Shown here: piece by piece, positions 49,501 through 60,517 of the stretch
How the letters are laid out: each line of letters begins with the position of its first letter
How positions within the stretch are numbered: the first letter of the stretch is position 1
Source: Candidatus Goldiibacteriota bacterium
GTDB lineage: Bacteria > Oederibacteriota > PGYV01 > DSYL01
Assembly (NCBI GenBank): GCA_018000835.1
Contig: JAGNJD010000001.1
Span: forward strand, 5,275 to 69,274
Reading direction: 5' to 3'
DNA length: 64,000 bases
Made by a program: the position numbers and the translations under genes
Notes under the pieces: generated by a model
The model's database searches: none
Told to the model about the DNA's origin: nothing
Seen by the model: the letters and a program-made list of their open reading frames with translations, nothing else

Positions 49501-49654
49501 TAAGAATATATATTATTATATCTCTCGTAGTAAGTATTTTAAAGTATTATGAAATTTTTAGAATTGCACGGCAACTTACAAGTTTTATTGCAACACTCCC
49601 AAAACTTCACATGCTTTTTTTGTAACAAACTTCCTTGTAATATTGTTGAATGTC

Positions 49655-49978
<324 letters not shown>

Positions 49979-50097
49979 CTATTTGTTGCAATTCATTTTA
50001 CAATGTTTAACCCGTATCAAAAAGCCGGCTTGATTCTTCATAATCTGTCATAAGCAACCCGCCTGTTGAGATTACGGAAGCATTTTATCCGTATTTT

Positions 50098-50310
50098 CTA
50101 TCGCGTCGCAATCAGGAACCTGACAGAGCCGTCCTTTTCTTTGACTGGAAAAAACAGTATGGACGGTATTTTCTCGCGCTTTTTATGTTCCTCGCTGCCC
50201 GCCCGTAAAAGCACCAGCCCGTCGGCGCCTGGTATCTCCGCGACATCGCCTTTCATCGAGGTTTTCATCGTTTCTATCTTCATTTCCAGTCCTTTTGCTA
50301 ATTTGATCAT
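50098..50310 (-). CDS. Small ORF (70 aa) in a GC-rich insert inside the IS remnant; function unknown
   Basis: Preceded by AGGGAG. Composition is markedly more GC-rich than its surroundings. May be spurious. Confidence 0.2.
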   Translation of the reverse strand: MIKLAKGLEMKIETMKTSMKGDVAEIPGADGLVLLRAGSEEHKKREKIPSILFFPVKEKDGSVRFLIATR

Positions 50311-50932
50311 TTTATACGCTCCCTCAGTAATATCCGGCTATAATCTTGATAATCAAAATCGGACCCTAATAATGCTGCAAAGACTGCAATTTTTATCCGG
50401 AATTGTATATTAATTTTTAATGATATTTTTCTTTTAATTCAGGCTTTGATTCAACCATTTTTACGTCTGCCATTCCCAGGAAGTCGGATAATTTCAACGA
50501 TTCCTGCTTTTCCATATTAATTTCCATCGTGTGTTCGTCATATTTTGTTTCAGCTTTAGGCCCGTTCCTCTCAATATAACTCTGAATAGTTATCTATGGT
50601 AACCTCCCAGAAAATCCTGTTTGCCGTATTCCGTTTCACTATTAATTTAAGTGTTGCCATAGAAACTCCTTTTCCAATGACGTTATAAGAAGTAGCAATT
50701 ACATTCACTTATATCTTGTTTTTATATCATTGAAACTTTAACAAAAACCTATTTGCGGTATGAATATTTTCCGCATTAGTCTGTTTCTATACGGAAATAA
50801 CTCTAACCTTCTTCTTCTGCAACTTCTACTGCGTATGAAAAATTCTTTATACAGGCCTTTAAAATACTCACCATCCCGTCTGATATAATATTCGTAATCA
50901 GAAAAAAATCCAAAAGCCCCTTCTTTACGTAA

Positions 50933-51139
50933 CTATCCTTGCAAGCAGTTTTTCCTTATATAACTTGCGCTTATTGCGCTTTCTTTTACTTGCGTTCCGT
51001 TTTGCCCGTTTATGTGCTTTTCCTGCCCTGTAAGTGTACTGATTGCTGCTCCCCTCCCTTTGCGTATTTCTCGGCTTATGGCGCTTTTATGCCGTCCCAA
51101 TAAGTCTGCTATCTTGCTTATTTTCAAACCGGCTGCCAA
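50933..51139 (-). pseudogene. IS30-family transposase N-terminal HTH fragment
   Basis: GLKISKIADLLGRHKSAISREIRKG is the typical IS30 N-terminal HTH. The frame terminates after 68 aa. Confidence 0.6.
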
Positions 51140-51282
51140 ACATCTGCTTATTTCCCCGCGTTCTTCGTAACCGAGTTTTCCATAGCCGGTTTCTCTCTTT
51201 GTTTCTTAACGACTCCTTTGATATCATAATCATATCAAAGTGTTGCGTTAGATTTTAGCCGTCGGGCAAGAATTATGTAATT

Positions 51283-51534
51283 CTATTTTTTCACAAATAC
51301 AAGCATGTTAAAAAATATTTTTACATCTGCGTTTGTACCCATAAGCATTGCAATAAGACCGGCAATACAACCGGATTTTTTTGTAACTGCTATTTCTTCT
51401 AATGAGACAAATTCCCAACCGTCTTTTGCTTCCTGATTGATTGCGTCCGCAAAACTGCGTACCGCCGAATCAAAATTACCATCTTTGTCTATAACAATAT
51501 TTTTTGGTGCCGGAACACATTTGTATTGTGCCAT
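51283..51534 (-). CDS. DUF4177-like small protein (hypothetical)
   Basis: 83 aa. MAQYKCVP...DGWEFVS resembles DUF4177. The assignment is weak. Confidence 0.35.
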   Translation of the reverse strand: MAQYKCVPAPKNIVIDKDGNFDSAVRSFADAINQEAKDGWEFVSLEEIAVTKKSGCIAGLIAMLMGTNADVKIFFNMLVFVKK

Positions 51535-51549
51535 TTTTTCTCCTTATTT

Positions 51550-51741
51550 TTATGGATAATCTATGCCGCCATTGGGGGCATGGCATCTAAAAATTCTCGC
51601 AACTCCTTTTATTACACCTTTCATTAACCCATACTTCTCAACTGCAAGCATCATGTAATCCGAACAAGTCGGTTCAAATCTACACGACTGCCTTAATTCT
51701 TTTGGAGCATGTTTCTGATACAATCTAATAAAGAAAAACAA
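51550..51741 (-). CDS. yidD: Membrane protein insertion efficiency factor YidD-like
   Basis: CRFEPTCSDYM...RIFRCHAPNGGIDYP matches the YidD signature. Confidence 0.7.
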   Translation of the reverse strand: MFFFIRLYQKHAPKELRQSCRFEPTCSDYMMLAVEKYGLMKGVIKGVARIFRCHAPNGGIDYP

Positions 51742-51834
51742 TATTCTCCGTATTTATCGCCACCTCCTTGCTTCTATATTTTTAAACCAATGCCGTTTTT
51801 TGTTCAATTACGTTAAACTATGTCTTTATTAAAA

Positions 51835-51960
51835 GCAAATTGCAAGTTTTATTGCACCACACCAAAAATTTCACATGTTTTTTTTGTAAGAAATTGACTT
51901 GTTACTCTCGGATAACTGTTTATCCAGTTTTGAATGTCTTTTACTGCCGTCTCTGTGATT
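51835..51960 (+). repeat. Solo IS30-family right-end remnant (copy C) with ~60 bp of IS interior
   Basis: AATTGCAAGTTTTATTGCACCACACCAAAAATTTCACATGTTTTTTTTGTAAGAAATTGACTTG followed by ...CTGTTTATCCAGTTTTGAATGTCTTTTACT. This parallels the sequence internal to the 49563 end. Confidence 0.6.
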
Positions 51961-52014
51961 CCGCGTATAGCCTTCCCTCGTTATCGTGCCTGGATTTCTG
52001 CCCATATAAGGTTT

Positions 52015-52440
52015 TTAAGCGTTCAAGACAATCTGTTTTTCAAGTTCATAAACCCTGTATCTTAAATCCTTGAATTCCATTGCACATTTTTTATTTAATA
52101 TTTTTGATACTTCTTCAAGGACTCTTAATGATTCTTCGGTTCTTTTAAAATTTGACACGAGTATGTCCGTAAATTTTTCCCTTTTGAATTCCCCCTTGTT
52201 TTTTATTTTTCTACCTGTGTCGGATAAACTATTACGATTATATAACAAGGTCTTATACGACGCAACCATGTCATAAGTAACGTTGTCTATCTTATGCCTT
52301 ATGTTTTTTATTTTACCCAGAAATTTTTTGTTTTTATAAATAAACCTGACGACATCCTCTATTACGCGTAATCCCTCTTTTGCCCTGTTTACGTTTGCAT
52401 CAATTATTGAAAAAATATTCTTTCCCGGGTTCACTGCCAT
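52015..52440 (-). CDS. Hypothetical protein (141 aa)
   Basis: Helical Lys/Arg-rich protein with no confident family. Lies downstream of the asp23 operon. Confidence 0.35.
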   Translation of the reverse strand: MAVNPGKNIFSIIDANVNRAKEGLRVIEDVVRFIYKNKKFLGKIKNIRHKIDNVTYDMVASYKTLLYNRNSLSDTGRKIKNKGEFKREKFTDILVSNFKRTEESLRVLEEVSKILNKKCAMEFKDLRYRVYELEKQIVLNA

Positions 52441-52661
52441 TTATTTTCACGAAAAGAATCAACGATGTTCTTTGCAATCTTTTTTATGGTAAGACCTTCG
52501 TCATACCATTTTCCTATTATAAAACCCAGAACTACAAAGGCAACTATAAAAAGAGTTTTCCATATTCCCATGAAAAGAAGACATAGGGCAATAATAATGC
52601 CGAGAATCACTCCGGAAAATTTTCCGAAATTTGAAAAAATAAATTTCATAAAATCATTCAT
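52431..52661 (-). CDS. DUF2273 small membrane protein
   Basis: 76 aa with two TM helices. Its position after amaP matches the conserved asp23-amaP-DUF2273 operon. Confidence 0.5.
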   Translation of the reverse strand: MNDFMKFIFSNFGKFSGVILGIIIALCLLFMGIWKTLFIVAFVVLGFIIGKWYDEGLTIKKIAKNIVDSFRENKWQ

Positions 52662-53223
52662 TTTTTTTCTCCTCTTCCGGTGACTTATAAATAACCTTGC
52701 TTACAACTACAGTCGGCTTTATCGGAGTTTCTATACCGAGCGTATACTGTATGTATCTGATTATTGCTTCCTGAATTTCCTGTGTAACTTCTGCTACTGC
52801 CCTGTCTGAAAACAGGGTAACTTTTGCAGTGACGTCAAGCCCTTTTCGTTTTGAAAGGACCTTGCCTTTTATTTCTTTTACGCCTTTCACCTCGTTTTTT
52901 ACTATGCGGGAAAAATCTTCTATTGCTTTTAAAGATACCTTAATGTCGCCGTGCGGTGATTGTAATATCACCGTTCTTTCAGCGCGTCTGTTTTCTATGT
53001 TGCCTATGATCGTCAGAACGGCTACAAGTATTAACAATAAACTTATAATTAAAACGGTGGTGCGTGCAATCATTGAATGATTCAGGTAATCTGCTATCGT
53101 CTGGACCATGTTCACCCACCATACGTTTGCATTCTGGTTTAAACTTATTGAAGCGCCAAATAATCCGGCAATTATGAAAAAAGCAATGTTTATCCCTATC
53201 AAAATCCTGTTGATTATTTTCAT
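52654..53223 (-). CDS. amaP: Alkaline shock response membrane anchor protein AmaP-like
   Basis: N-terminal TM helices plus a soluble domain, immediately downstream of asp23. Confidence 0.55.
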   Translation of the reverse strand: MKIINRILIGINIAFFIIAGLFGASISLNQNANVWWVNMVQTIADYLNHSMIARTTVLIISLLLILVAVLTIIGNIENRRAERTVILQSPHGDIKVSLKAIEDFSRIVKNEVKGVKEIKGKVLSKRKGLDVTAKVTLFSDRAVAEVTQEIQEAIIRYIQYTLGIETPIKPTVVVSKVIYKSPEEEKKNE

Positions 53224-53588
53224 TTTTTCTCCTCCTTCTTAATATTATTTTTTATTGAATTTATGTTTACGTTTACTTTTTCTACGTTCAAACCAGTCAT
53301 GTTTTCAATTGATTCCTTTACTTTTTCCTGAACCAGTGATGCAATATTGCTGATATCGTTTCCAAAAGCAACAATAAGATTAATGTCCACTGCTACATTC
53401 TCGCCTCTTAATTCAACTTTTATGCCTTTTGTTTCATTTTTTACGCCAAGCATGTCTGCAATGCCGGAGACTGCACCGCCATCAAGGTCTACCACTCCAT
53501 TTATGGATTTTGCAGCAATTGCAGCAATGTTTGCTATTGCATTGTCAGAAATCTGAATGTTTCCGGTTTCATTTTTTTCGTTTACCAT
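53220..53588 (-). CDS. Asp23/Gls24-family alkaline shock protein
   Basis: IQISDNAIANIAAIAAKSINGVVDL and the typical Asp23 fold sequence. It follows accBC as in Bacillus (accB-accC-yqhY). Confidence 0.75.
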   Translation of the reverse strand: MVNEKNETGNIQISDNAIANIAAIAAKSINGVVDLDGGAVSGIADMLGVKNETKGIKVELRGENVAVDINLIVAFGNDISNIASLVQEKVKESIENMTGLNVEKVNVNINSIKNNIKKEEKK

Positions 53589-53592
53589 GATT

Positions 53593-54939
53593 TCACCCCT
53601 TGTTCTCCATTTTTTCTATAAAATTTGTTGAATAGTTATTAAGAATAAAGTTTTCATTGTTTAATATTTTTTTGTGTAAAGGGATCGTAGTTTTTATCCC
53701 TTCTATTACAAATTCATCCAGAGCGCGTTTCATCTTTGATATTGCATCCATTCTGTTTCTACCATGAGCAATAATTTTTGCAACCATTGAATCATAATAT
53801 GGCGGAATTTTATATCCTTTATATACGTGCGTATCTATCCTTATGCCATTTCCGCCCGGAACGTTATATTCCGTAATCAATCCCGGAGAAGGTATAAATC
53901 CTTTGTCGGGATCTTCTGCGTTTATTCTGCATTCTATTGCGTGCCCGCGTAACCTTAAATCTTTTTGCGGGATTGAAAGTCTTTCCCCTGCTGCAATTTT
54001 TATCTGCTCTTTTACAAGGTCAATTCCTATCACTTCCTCAGTAACGGGATGCTCAACCTGTATGCGGGTATTCATCTCCATAAAATAATAACGACGATAT
54101 TTATCCATTATGAACTCAATTGTTCCGGCATTTTCATATTTGACGGACTTTGCAATTTTTACGGCCATCGAACATATTTCATATCTTAATTTTTCGTTTA
54201 ACATGGGTGACGGCGATTCTTCAAGTAATTTCTGATGCCTCCTTTGTATTGTGCAATCACGTTCACCAAGAGCCGCACAATTTCCAAAGGCATCTGCAAT
54301 TATCTGAACTTCTATGTGCCTGGGCTCTTCAATAAATCTTTCAAGATATATGGAAGAATCTCCAAAGGCGGTCTGGGCCTCCTGTCTGGCCGTTTTAAAT
54401 GAATTCCTTAATGAAATTTCTGTGTGAGCAACGCGCATGCCCCTTCCACCGCCGCCTGCAGATGCTTTTAGTATAACCGGATATCCTATTTTTTTTGTCA
54501 CATCTACGGCGTCGTTTTCATCCTTTAAAACCCTGCCACTTCCCGGGACGGTTGGAACGTTATTCTGCCGAGCCGTCATTATTGCCTGGACTTTATTGCC
54601 CATCAGCGTTATGGATTCAGGCGATGGTCCTATGAATTTAATGTTGCAATCTTTACAGACCTTTGCAAAATGTGCATTTTCTGCAAGAAAACCATAACCG
54701 GGATGAATTGCCTCTGAATCGGTTACTTCTGCTGCGGAAATAATAGACGGAATGTTTAAATAACTTTCTTTCGGATTGCTTGGCCCTATGCAAATTGCAT
54801 GGTCAGCATAACGCACGTGCAATGAATTTTCATCTGCTTCAGAAAAAACTGCAACTGTTTCTATTCCCATTTCTTTACACGCTCTTATTATCCTTAATGC
54901 TATTTCTCCCCTATTTGCAATTAATATTCTTTTGAACAA
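53593..54939 (-). CDS. accC: Acetyl-CoA carboxylase biotin carboxylase subunit
   Basis: MFKRILIANRGEIALRIIRAC, the ATP-grasp core, and the full-length 448 aa. Confidence 0.95.
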   Translation of the reverse strand: MFKRILIANRGEIALRIIRACKEMGIETVAVFSEADENSLHVRYADHAICIGPSNPKESYLNIPSIISAAEVTDSEAIHPGYGFLAENAHFAKVCKDCNIKFIGPSPESITLMGNKVQAIMTARQNNVPTVPGSGRVLKDENDAVDVTKKIGYPVILKASAGGGGRGMRVAHTEISLRNSFKTARQEAQTAFGDSSIYLERFIEEPRHIEVQIIADAFGNCAALGERDCTIQRRHQKLLEESPSPMLNEKLRYEICSMAVKIAKSVKYENAGTIEFIMDKYRRYYFMEMNTRIQVEHPVTEEVIGIDLVKEQIKIAAGERLSIPQKDLRLRGHAIECRINAEDPDKGFIPSPGLITEYNVPGGNGIRIDTHVYKGYKIPPYYDSMVAKIIAHGRNRMDAISKMKRALDEFVIEGIKTTIPLHKKILNNENFILNNYSTNFIEKMENKG

Positions 54940-54941
54940 AA

Positions 54942-55463
54942 TTAACCTCTTTCAATTATGATTATTGGCTGGTTATATTCTATCGCTCGTGCATTTTCAA
55001 CTAGTATTTCTTTTACTTTCCCTTTTATTTCTGATTTTATTTCATTCATTATTTTCATTGCTTCAATGATACAAATGGTTTTCCCGGGTTCTACGGAATC
55101 GCCGACGTTTACGAAAGGCGGAGCATCAGGCGCGGGAGACCTGTAAAATGTTCCTACCATGGGTGACTTAACTATATAAGTATTTTCATCTTCCTTGATC
55201 TGTAAATAGTTGTCGGACGCAGACTGACCTGCGTCCCCTGATGGATTTGAAGCAGCGGAAGATAAAGGACGGATCATCTGAGGTGTCATTATAATCTGCT
55301 GTTGCGGCAGTGCTTTTTTTAACTGTATCCTGAAATTCCCATCTTCATAAGACAATTCGCAAAGTGAATTTTTTTCCATTATGTCCAGTGCGTCTTGTAA
55401 AGTTGCTGGATCTATTTTTGACTTTTTTGACTTATCGGCATCTTTTAACATTTTATTCACCAC
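54942..55463 (-). CDS. accB: Acetyl-CoA carboxylase biotin carboxyl carrier protein
   Basis: The C-terminal biotinyl domain has EAMKIMNEI (the AMKM-type biotin attachment motif). Confidence 0.85.
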   Translation of the reverse strand: MVNKMLKDADKSKKSKIDPATLQDALDIMEKNSLCELSYEDGNFRIQLKKALPQQQIIMTPQMIRPLSSAASNPSGDAGQSASDNYLQIKEDENTYIVKSPMVGTFYRSPAPDAPPFVNVGDSVEPGKTICIIEAMKIMNEIKSEIKGKVKEILVENARAIEYNQPIIIIERG

Positions 55464-55472
55464 CTTGATTTT

Positions 55473-56033
55473 TTATTTTACTCTTTCAACGTATTCCCCT
55501 GTCCTCGTATCAACTCTGATAACGTCGCCCTCCTTAACAAAAATCGGCACGTCAATAACCGCACCCGTTTCAACGGTTACAGGTTTTGTTACGTTACTAA
55601 CCGTATTTCCTTTTACGGCAGGTGGAGCCGACGTAACTTTGAGGTCCACTTTAAAAGGAATGCGCACACCGAGTATTTCGCCCTGATACATCATCATTGT
55701 TACGATAGTATCTTCCTTTAAATATCTGGTTATGTCCCCTAACTGCTGTTTTGAAAATTCATATTGCTCATACGTATCCGTATCCATAAAATTATACGTG
55801 TCGCCTGCGCTGTATGAAAAATGTAAATTTTTATAGTCCAGACTTATGTCTTCCAGTTTATCATCCGGACTAAAAGTCCGCTCGACTACAGTTCCAAGTT
55901 TAAAATTTCTCATTTTTAAACGAACAAGTGGTGCAAGTCGTGGTCTCTGGACATGATGATACTGAACTACTTCATAAATAATCCCTTCGTGCTTAAAAAT
56001 GTCTCCGGGCCTTAAATCCGTTGCTAATGCCAT
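55473..56033 (-). CDS. efp: Elongation factor P
   Basis: 186 aa with the conserved KPGKG-like loop region (...FKHEGIIYEVV...). Confidence 0.9.
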   Translation of the reverse strand: MALATDLRPGDIFKHEGIIYEVVQYHHVQRPRLAPLVRLKMRNFKLGTVVERTFSPDDKLEDISLDYKNLHFSYSAGDTYNFMDTDTYEQYEFSKQQLGDITRYLKEDTIVTMMMYQGEILGVRIPFKVDLKVTSAPPAVKGNTVSNVTKPVTVETGAVIDVPIFVKEGDVIRVDTRTGEYVERVK

Positions 56034-56094
56034 TATTTTTCTCCTTTATAAAGTATCTTAATCTAAAGTTCATTAATCATAAATAAAAAATACA

Positions 56095-57156
56095 TTATTC
56101 TTTTATAATAATTTCATCGCTTAATTTTGACAATTTTACGGGTGCGTCGTTGGTTATCAGATAATCGTCTTCTATTCTGATGCCGTATTCGTTCTGAAAA
56201 TATATGCCCGGTTCACACGTAGCCACCATACCCGGTTTAAATTTTAAATTGCTCTTTTGATTGATATATGGTTTCTCATGGATGTCAATACCTATTCCAT
56301 GTCCAAGAGAATGGGTAAAAAACATATCCAGCCCGTATTTTTTTAAATAATTTTTAATAAAAATATCCGGCTGCTTTGTTAAACTACCACTTTTGTAGAA
56401 CGAAGCCGATTTATTTTTAGCAGTTTTTACTATGTTATAATTTATCAAGTATGCTTTAAGACGAGATTTAATTATACGATAGCCGATAATCCTTGTCAAG
56501 TCAGAACAATAGCCCTTATATTTCACGCCTGAATCAATTAAAATGAGGGTATTTTCCTTTAACCTGTCGTTCCCTGTCTCATGGTGCGGAATTGATGAGT
56601 TTTTACCATAAGCAATTATGGAAGTGAAAGAAACGGAATCACCGCCTGCTTTCTTTATATAATATTCAAACTCATCTGCAAGTTCTTTTTCTGTTATGTT
56701 ATTTTTTAATATGGATAAAATGTGTAAAATACCCTTCTCATTTATCTTTATTGCATCTTTTATCGTATTTATCTCTTCATCATCCTTTATCATTCTTATG
56801 TCGGATATTTTATCGTCAATTACCGGCTTAAAACCCAGGTCAACAAGATATAAATATTCAACGAGAGGCGTTTCCGGAGGGATAAATATTTTTCTGCTGC
56901 CTTTTAATATGTTTTTAATTTCATTCCTGAAATTATTCGTAATTATTATTTCACAACGTTTATCTATGCCGGTTTTTTCAGGAACGCCTGCATATCTTTT
57001 ATCAGTTATGAAATAATTTTTATTTTCTGAAACAAGTAATCTGGAAAATGAACCTGAAAAACCGGTAAAATAGAAAATATCGGCTGGATTGGATACGTAA
57101 AAAAAATGCCCTGACGACATTGCTTTTTTTAATTTTTGTAATCTTGTATCAATCAT
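56095..57156 (-). CDS. Xaa-Pro aminopeptidase / M24-family peptidase
   Basis: Creatinase-like N-domain plus the M24 core with HSLGHGIGIDIHE and ...TCEPGIY... metal-ligand motifs. Confidence 0.8.
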   Translation of the reverse strand: MIDTRLQKLKKAMSSGHFFYVSNPADIFYFTGFSGSFSRLLVSENKNYFITDKRYAGVPEKTGIDKRCEIIITNNFRNEIKNILKGSRKIFIPPETPLVEYLYLVDLGFKPVIDDKISDIRMIKDDEEINTIKDAIKINEKGILHILSILKNNITEKELADEFEYYIKKAGGDSVSFTSIIAYGKNSSIPHHETGNDRLKENTLILIDSGVKYKGYCSDLTRIIGYRIIKSRLKAYLINYNIVKTAKNKSASFYKSGSLTKQPDIFIKNYLKKYGLDMFFTHSLGHGIGIDIHEKPYINQKSNLKFKPGMVATCEPGIYFQNEYGIRIEDDYLITNDAPVKLSKLSDEIIIKE

Positions 57157-57770
57157 TATTTGGTCAATATTGCCATGTTATATTCAATTATTGGTCTGTA
57201 AAATGGTATTTTCTCAAGAACGTTGTGAATCAGGTCATAAAAATCGTTGAATACTTTTCCTTTTAACGGGCAGCATCTTGCCGCAAAAAAATGGAATTCA
57301 TGGGAAAGCCCGGTTGAAATTATCAGATTTTTAAAATATTTTTGCGTGAAATGCTGATGGTTACGTATAAGCGTCATATTTACGTATAAAAGAGGATTGT
57401 ATCTGTTTGCTTCTATTATTATTATCCTTTTTTTTGATACTCTTATCATTTCTTTTAAGGCATCTGCCGGGGACCGGACGTGATGAAGCATGTCTTTTTC
57501 CATTACGGTATCAAAACTTTTGTTTTCAAAATCAAGTTTTTGTGCATCGCCCTTTGAAAAAGATATAAATTCGTTTGAATATAATTTCCAGTCCGGACTT
57601 TCATCTATGTCCATTCCATGAATACGCTTAAAATATCTGGTATAAATGCGCACGTCCTCCCCATTACCACAACCACAGTCAAGCAGTGAATCGCCGTAAA
57701 AAAATGGCGAAACCCTGGCAAAAACCCTGTCTTTGTATCTTAAAACGTTATAAGGCGTGTTAAACTGCAT
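57156..57770 (-). CDS. Class I SAM-dependent methyltransferase
   Basis: LLDCGCGNGED motif I. Confidence 0.65.
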   Translation of the reverse strand: MQFNTPYNVLRYKDRVFARVSPFFYGDSLLDCGCGNGEDVRIYTRYFKRIHGMDIDESPDWKLYSNEFISFSKGDAQKLDFENKSFDTVMEKDMLHHVRSPADALKEMIRVSKKRIIIIEANRYNPLLYVNMTLIRNHQHFTQKYFKNLIISTGLSHEFHFFAARCCPLKGKVFNDFYDLIHNVLEKIPFYRPIIEYNMAILTK

Positions 57771-58788
57771 AATTTTTCAGATCCCTTATCACAGTCTTTA
57801 AATCAGGAACGTCAAAAAATTTTTTACCGGTTATTTCGTTTGTAGTGGCAAGATACATCCGGGAAAACAGTTCCTTTACCTTTATGGGAAGTTTTTCAGG
57901 TCTTGATTTTACGTACTTTTTCCAGTCACTGCCCTTTTGCTTTTTTACTATTTCCAGTTCTTTATACCAATCCGTTCTTCTATATAATATCCGGGCATAT
58001 TCCTTTGAAATATGAAATCCGTCCATAATAAACCTGCATTCATCCGGAGTACCAAGAACGTCTACTACCATTATTTCCCCATTTGCATCAATTCCAAATT
58101 CAAATTTGCCGTCAATATTTTCTATTCCTGCCCGACTGCATTCTTTCGTAATTATGTCGTTGATTTTATAAATCAGTTCTTTTATTTTATTCACGTTTTC
58201 ATCGGATAATCCTGAAATGTCCTGTGCCTCCTGCCAGGTCAGATACCTGTCTGTATGTTCAAGTTTGGTTGATACGTCAAGAAGCGGTGGATTAAATTTT
58301 TCACCGGGCACCGGCTCATGGTCAAGTCCTATGTCTTTATAGGTAATCTCTCCGTTTTTTATGCGTTTAAAAATGCTCGACCCCTCCGTAAGGGAATTTC
58401 TGTAAATAATCTCCAGCGGTATCAGAAAATTTTTCTTTTCCTTTTTATAAACGTCGTAATTATACGCGTTGTCTGCAGAATTATAAACCGGCTTTAAAAC
58501 GCGTAAAAGTTTCACGCGCATTACGTTTGAATATGAATTAAGTTCAGGAAATTTTTTTATTTTCCCGTCTTCGACAAGACCAATAAAATGGGTTATTATT
58601 GAGTTTTTTTCGAGCAGATGAAAAAAATACGAAGAAAGTGTGCATAATGCAGCACCTTTTTTGTCTATAAGGTCCGGCATTTCTCCCCAGTCAAATACAG
58701 AATATCTGTCCGAAAAAATAAATTCGCCTTCACCTTCTCTGTCTGCTTCGGGTTTCTTTATTATCTTTATCTCTTTTACGCTTCCCAT
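57760..58788 (-). CDS. SAICAR synthetase-like protein (long-form PurC-like)
   Basis: FIFSDRYSVFDW, LIPLEIIYRN and DVSTKLEH motifs resemble SAICAR synthase. It is not located in a pur operon. Confidence 0.5.
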   Translation of the reverse strand: MGSVKEIKIIKKPEADREGEGEFIFSDRYSVFDWGEMPDLIDKKGAALCTLSSYFFHLLEKNSIITHFIGLVEDGKIKKFPELNSYSNVMRVKLLRVLKPVYNSADNAYNYDVYKKEKKNFLIPLEIIYRNSLTEGSSIFKRIKNGEITYKDIGLDHEPVPGEKFNPPLLDVSTKLEHTDRYLTWQEAQDISGLSDENVNKIKELIYKINDIITKECSRAGIENIDGKFEFGIDANGEIMVVDVLGTPDECRFIMDGFHISKEYARILYRRTDWYKELEIVKKQKGSDWKKYVKSRPEKLPIKVKELFSRMYLATTNEITGKKFFDVPDLKTVIRDLKNYAV

Positions 58789-58933
58789 AAATAATCTCCT
58801 TTTATTATTTTTTTTATTATACAGGATTGTATGTAATGGTCAATAGGTTTGTAATGTACTTATACATTTGCATTAAATAACAGGGAATAAGAAAATATAA
58901 ATCATTATTTTACACGGACTTTTAATTTGTTAG

Positions 58934-59254
58934 TTAAAAAGTAACGACCTTATCGCTGTCTTTTATTATTTCATACATGTCCTTCATGGTGGAAACAGGA
59001 CACGTTTCGGTTGCTGCCTGTTCCCTTAATTTCATGCACGTCCCACAGGCATAAATTTTCCCGCCCGACTTTAAAAATTTATCTGCCTGTTCATTTACAT
59101 TAAATTTATTGGTGCTTACTTTCCGGTATTCAACACCTTTTCCGATAAAAAAACATTTAACTTCATCACCCTGAGTAAGACAAAAATTACCATATCTTAA
59201 GGCATTCCAGCATGTTTCTGCATCGTTGTCTGAAATAATCAAACCAATTTTCAT
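58934..59254 (-). CDS. DsrE/DsrF-like (YchN-like) family protein
   Basis: 106 aa with IYACGTCMK cysteine motifs and a DsrE-like fold signature. Confidence 0.55.
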   Translation of the reverse strand: MKIGLIISDNDAETCWNALRYGNFCLTQGDEVKCFFIGKGVEYRKVSTNKFNVNEQADKFLKSGGKIYACGTCMKLREQAATETCPVSTMKDMYEIIKDSDKVVTF

Positions 59255-59498
59255 GTAATAACCTCCTGTTTTTTTCTCTTATTTTACCATGGTATATCCG
59301 GCATATTATATAACAATACTTTACTATGATGGAAATTTTTTTCTATATTATCATAATTGCGGCATTAAGAAACTGAAAGTCCAGGAGCACTTCTGTCCTG
59401 TAAAAAATATGGATTTTAAAAAAATCTTTTTAAATTACGTATTTTCATAAATTTAATATCGGGCAGATATCAATTAAATCTATAATACTTTCGTCAGG

Positions 59499-59524
59499 TT
59501 TACCGGGCAAAAAATGTAATTTTA
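59499..59524. repeat. TTTACCGGGCAAAAAATGTAATTTT half-element of the dispersed motif family
   Basis: It shares the TTTACCGGGCA arm. A degenerate left arm TGTCCTGTAAAAAATATGGATTTT lies at ~59394. Confidence 0.5.
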
Positions 59525-59896
59525 TTTTATCTGCCTTCATGAGGCAATTACAGGGTTGATTTTGAAGGTCTGAAATGAACTGATTACATAAAGCAAACCC
59601 ATAACATCAGCACATTTCAATTCCGGAAAAACAATGATTAATCTGTGATGGCAGAGTAAATATACCATAGCAGACAATCTATCTTTACTAAAATTACACA
59701 TAAAAACCAAAAAAATTTAAACGTTTACATTTTTTACGAATTTTCATTGTTTTTAAAATGATTTTACGTTTTTTGGGAACGTTAAATCACTTTTTGAAAC
59801 CATTTTTAAAAAAAATTTGCTTTTTTAAAATTTATAATGTATATATAAATTAAGAATGAAGTTCTTTTACATATAAAATTTAAGGAGGTGATTTTT

Positions 59897-60505
59897 ATGG
59901 CAATGTCACTTTATAACACAAAGTCGTTTAAAATTATAGACGGCACCCTTTACTTTGTCGGTGAATTTCTGCTATGGCTTGTAATTTTTGCTCCGATTAT
60001 TTCCCTGTTATATGGATTTGTATTTGAAACGGACGGCACTTTGCAATTTAAGATTGACAAAATTTTGCACGCATTTAACAATTATTCACTGCCGGTCGCA
60101 ATTGTATTTATTACTTTTGTCCGTTCAATAATAACCATGACCATAAACGTCCATTTTCTTCTGTTAACTTGTATAATCGGATTTTTTATTGTAATTTACA
60201 TCTGGTTTGGATTAAAATTTATGATTTTAATCTCTTCGATTGCATTGCTGATATTTATACTGAATAAAATTACTTTGGTTCATAATTTCATCGTCGATAA
60301 ATTAAATGCCTTATTTAAAATGTGGAAACTTTTTCTGATAGAAAAAGAACAAGTCCACGAGTCTGTATCTTACGGGCAGTCAGACAACAAAAAAAATAAT
60401 GAAATTCTATCTAAATTGCCCGACCTTGTCTTTTTTTCAATTTTTATTATACTTTCGTCAATTCTTATATGGCAACTATGGATTATATTGCACATGAGAA
60501 TGTAA
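59897..60505 (+). CDS. Polytopic membrane protein (hypothetical)
   Basis: Multiple TM helices. AGGAGG sits 8 nt upstream of ATG at ~59897. The track ORF starts at 59888. Confidence 0.4.
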   Translation: MAMSLYNTKSFKIIDGTLYFVGEFLLWLVIFAPIISLLYGFVFETDGTLQFKIDKILHAFNNYSLPVAIVFITFVRSIITMTINVHFLLLTCIIGFFIVIYIWFGLKFMILISSIALLIFILNKITLVHNFIVDKLNALFKMWKLFLIEKEQVHESVSYGQSDNKKNNEILSKLPDLVFFSIFIILSSILIWQLWIILHMRM

Positions 60506-60517
60506 TTCCGGGCAAAA

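Noticed and set aside
51655-51700. tRNA-like T-loop (GGTTCAAATC)
   Set aside because: It lies inside the yidD coding frame and lacks a matching T-stem and acceptor stem.
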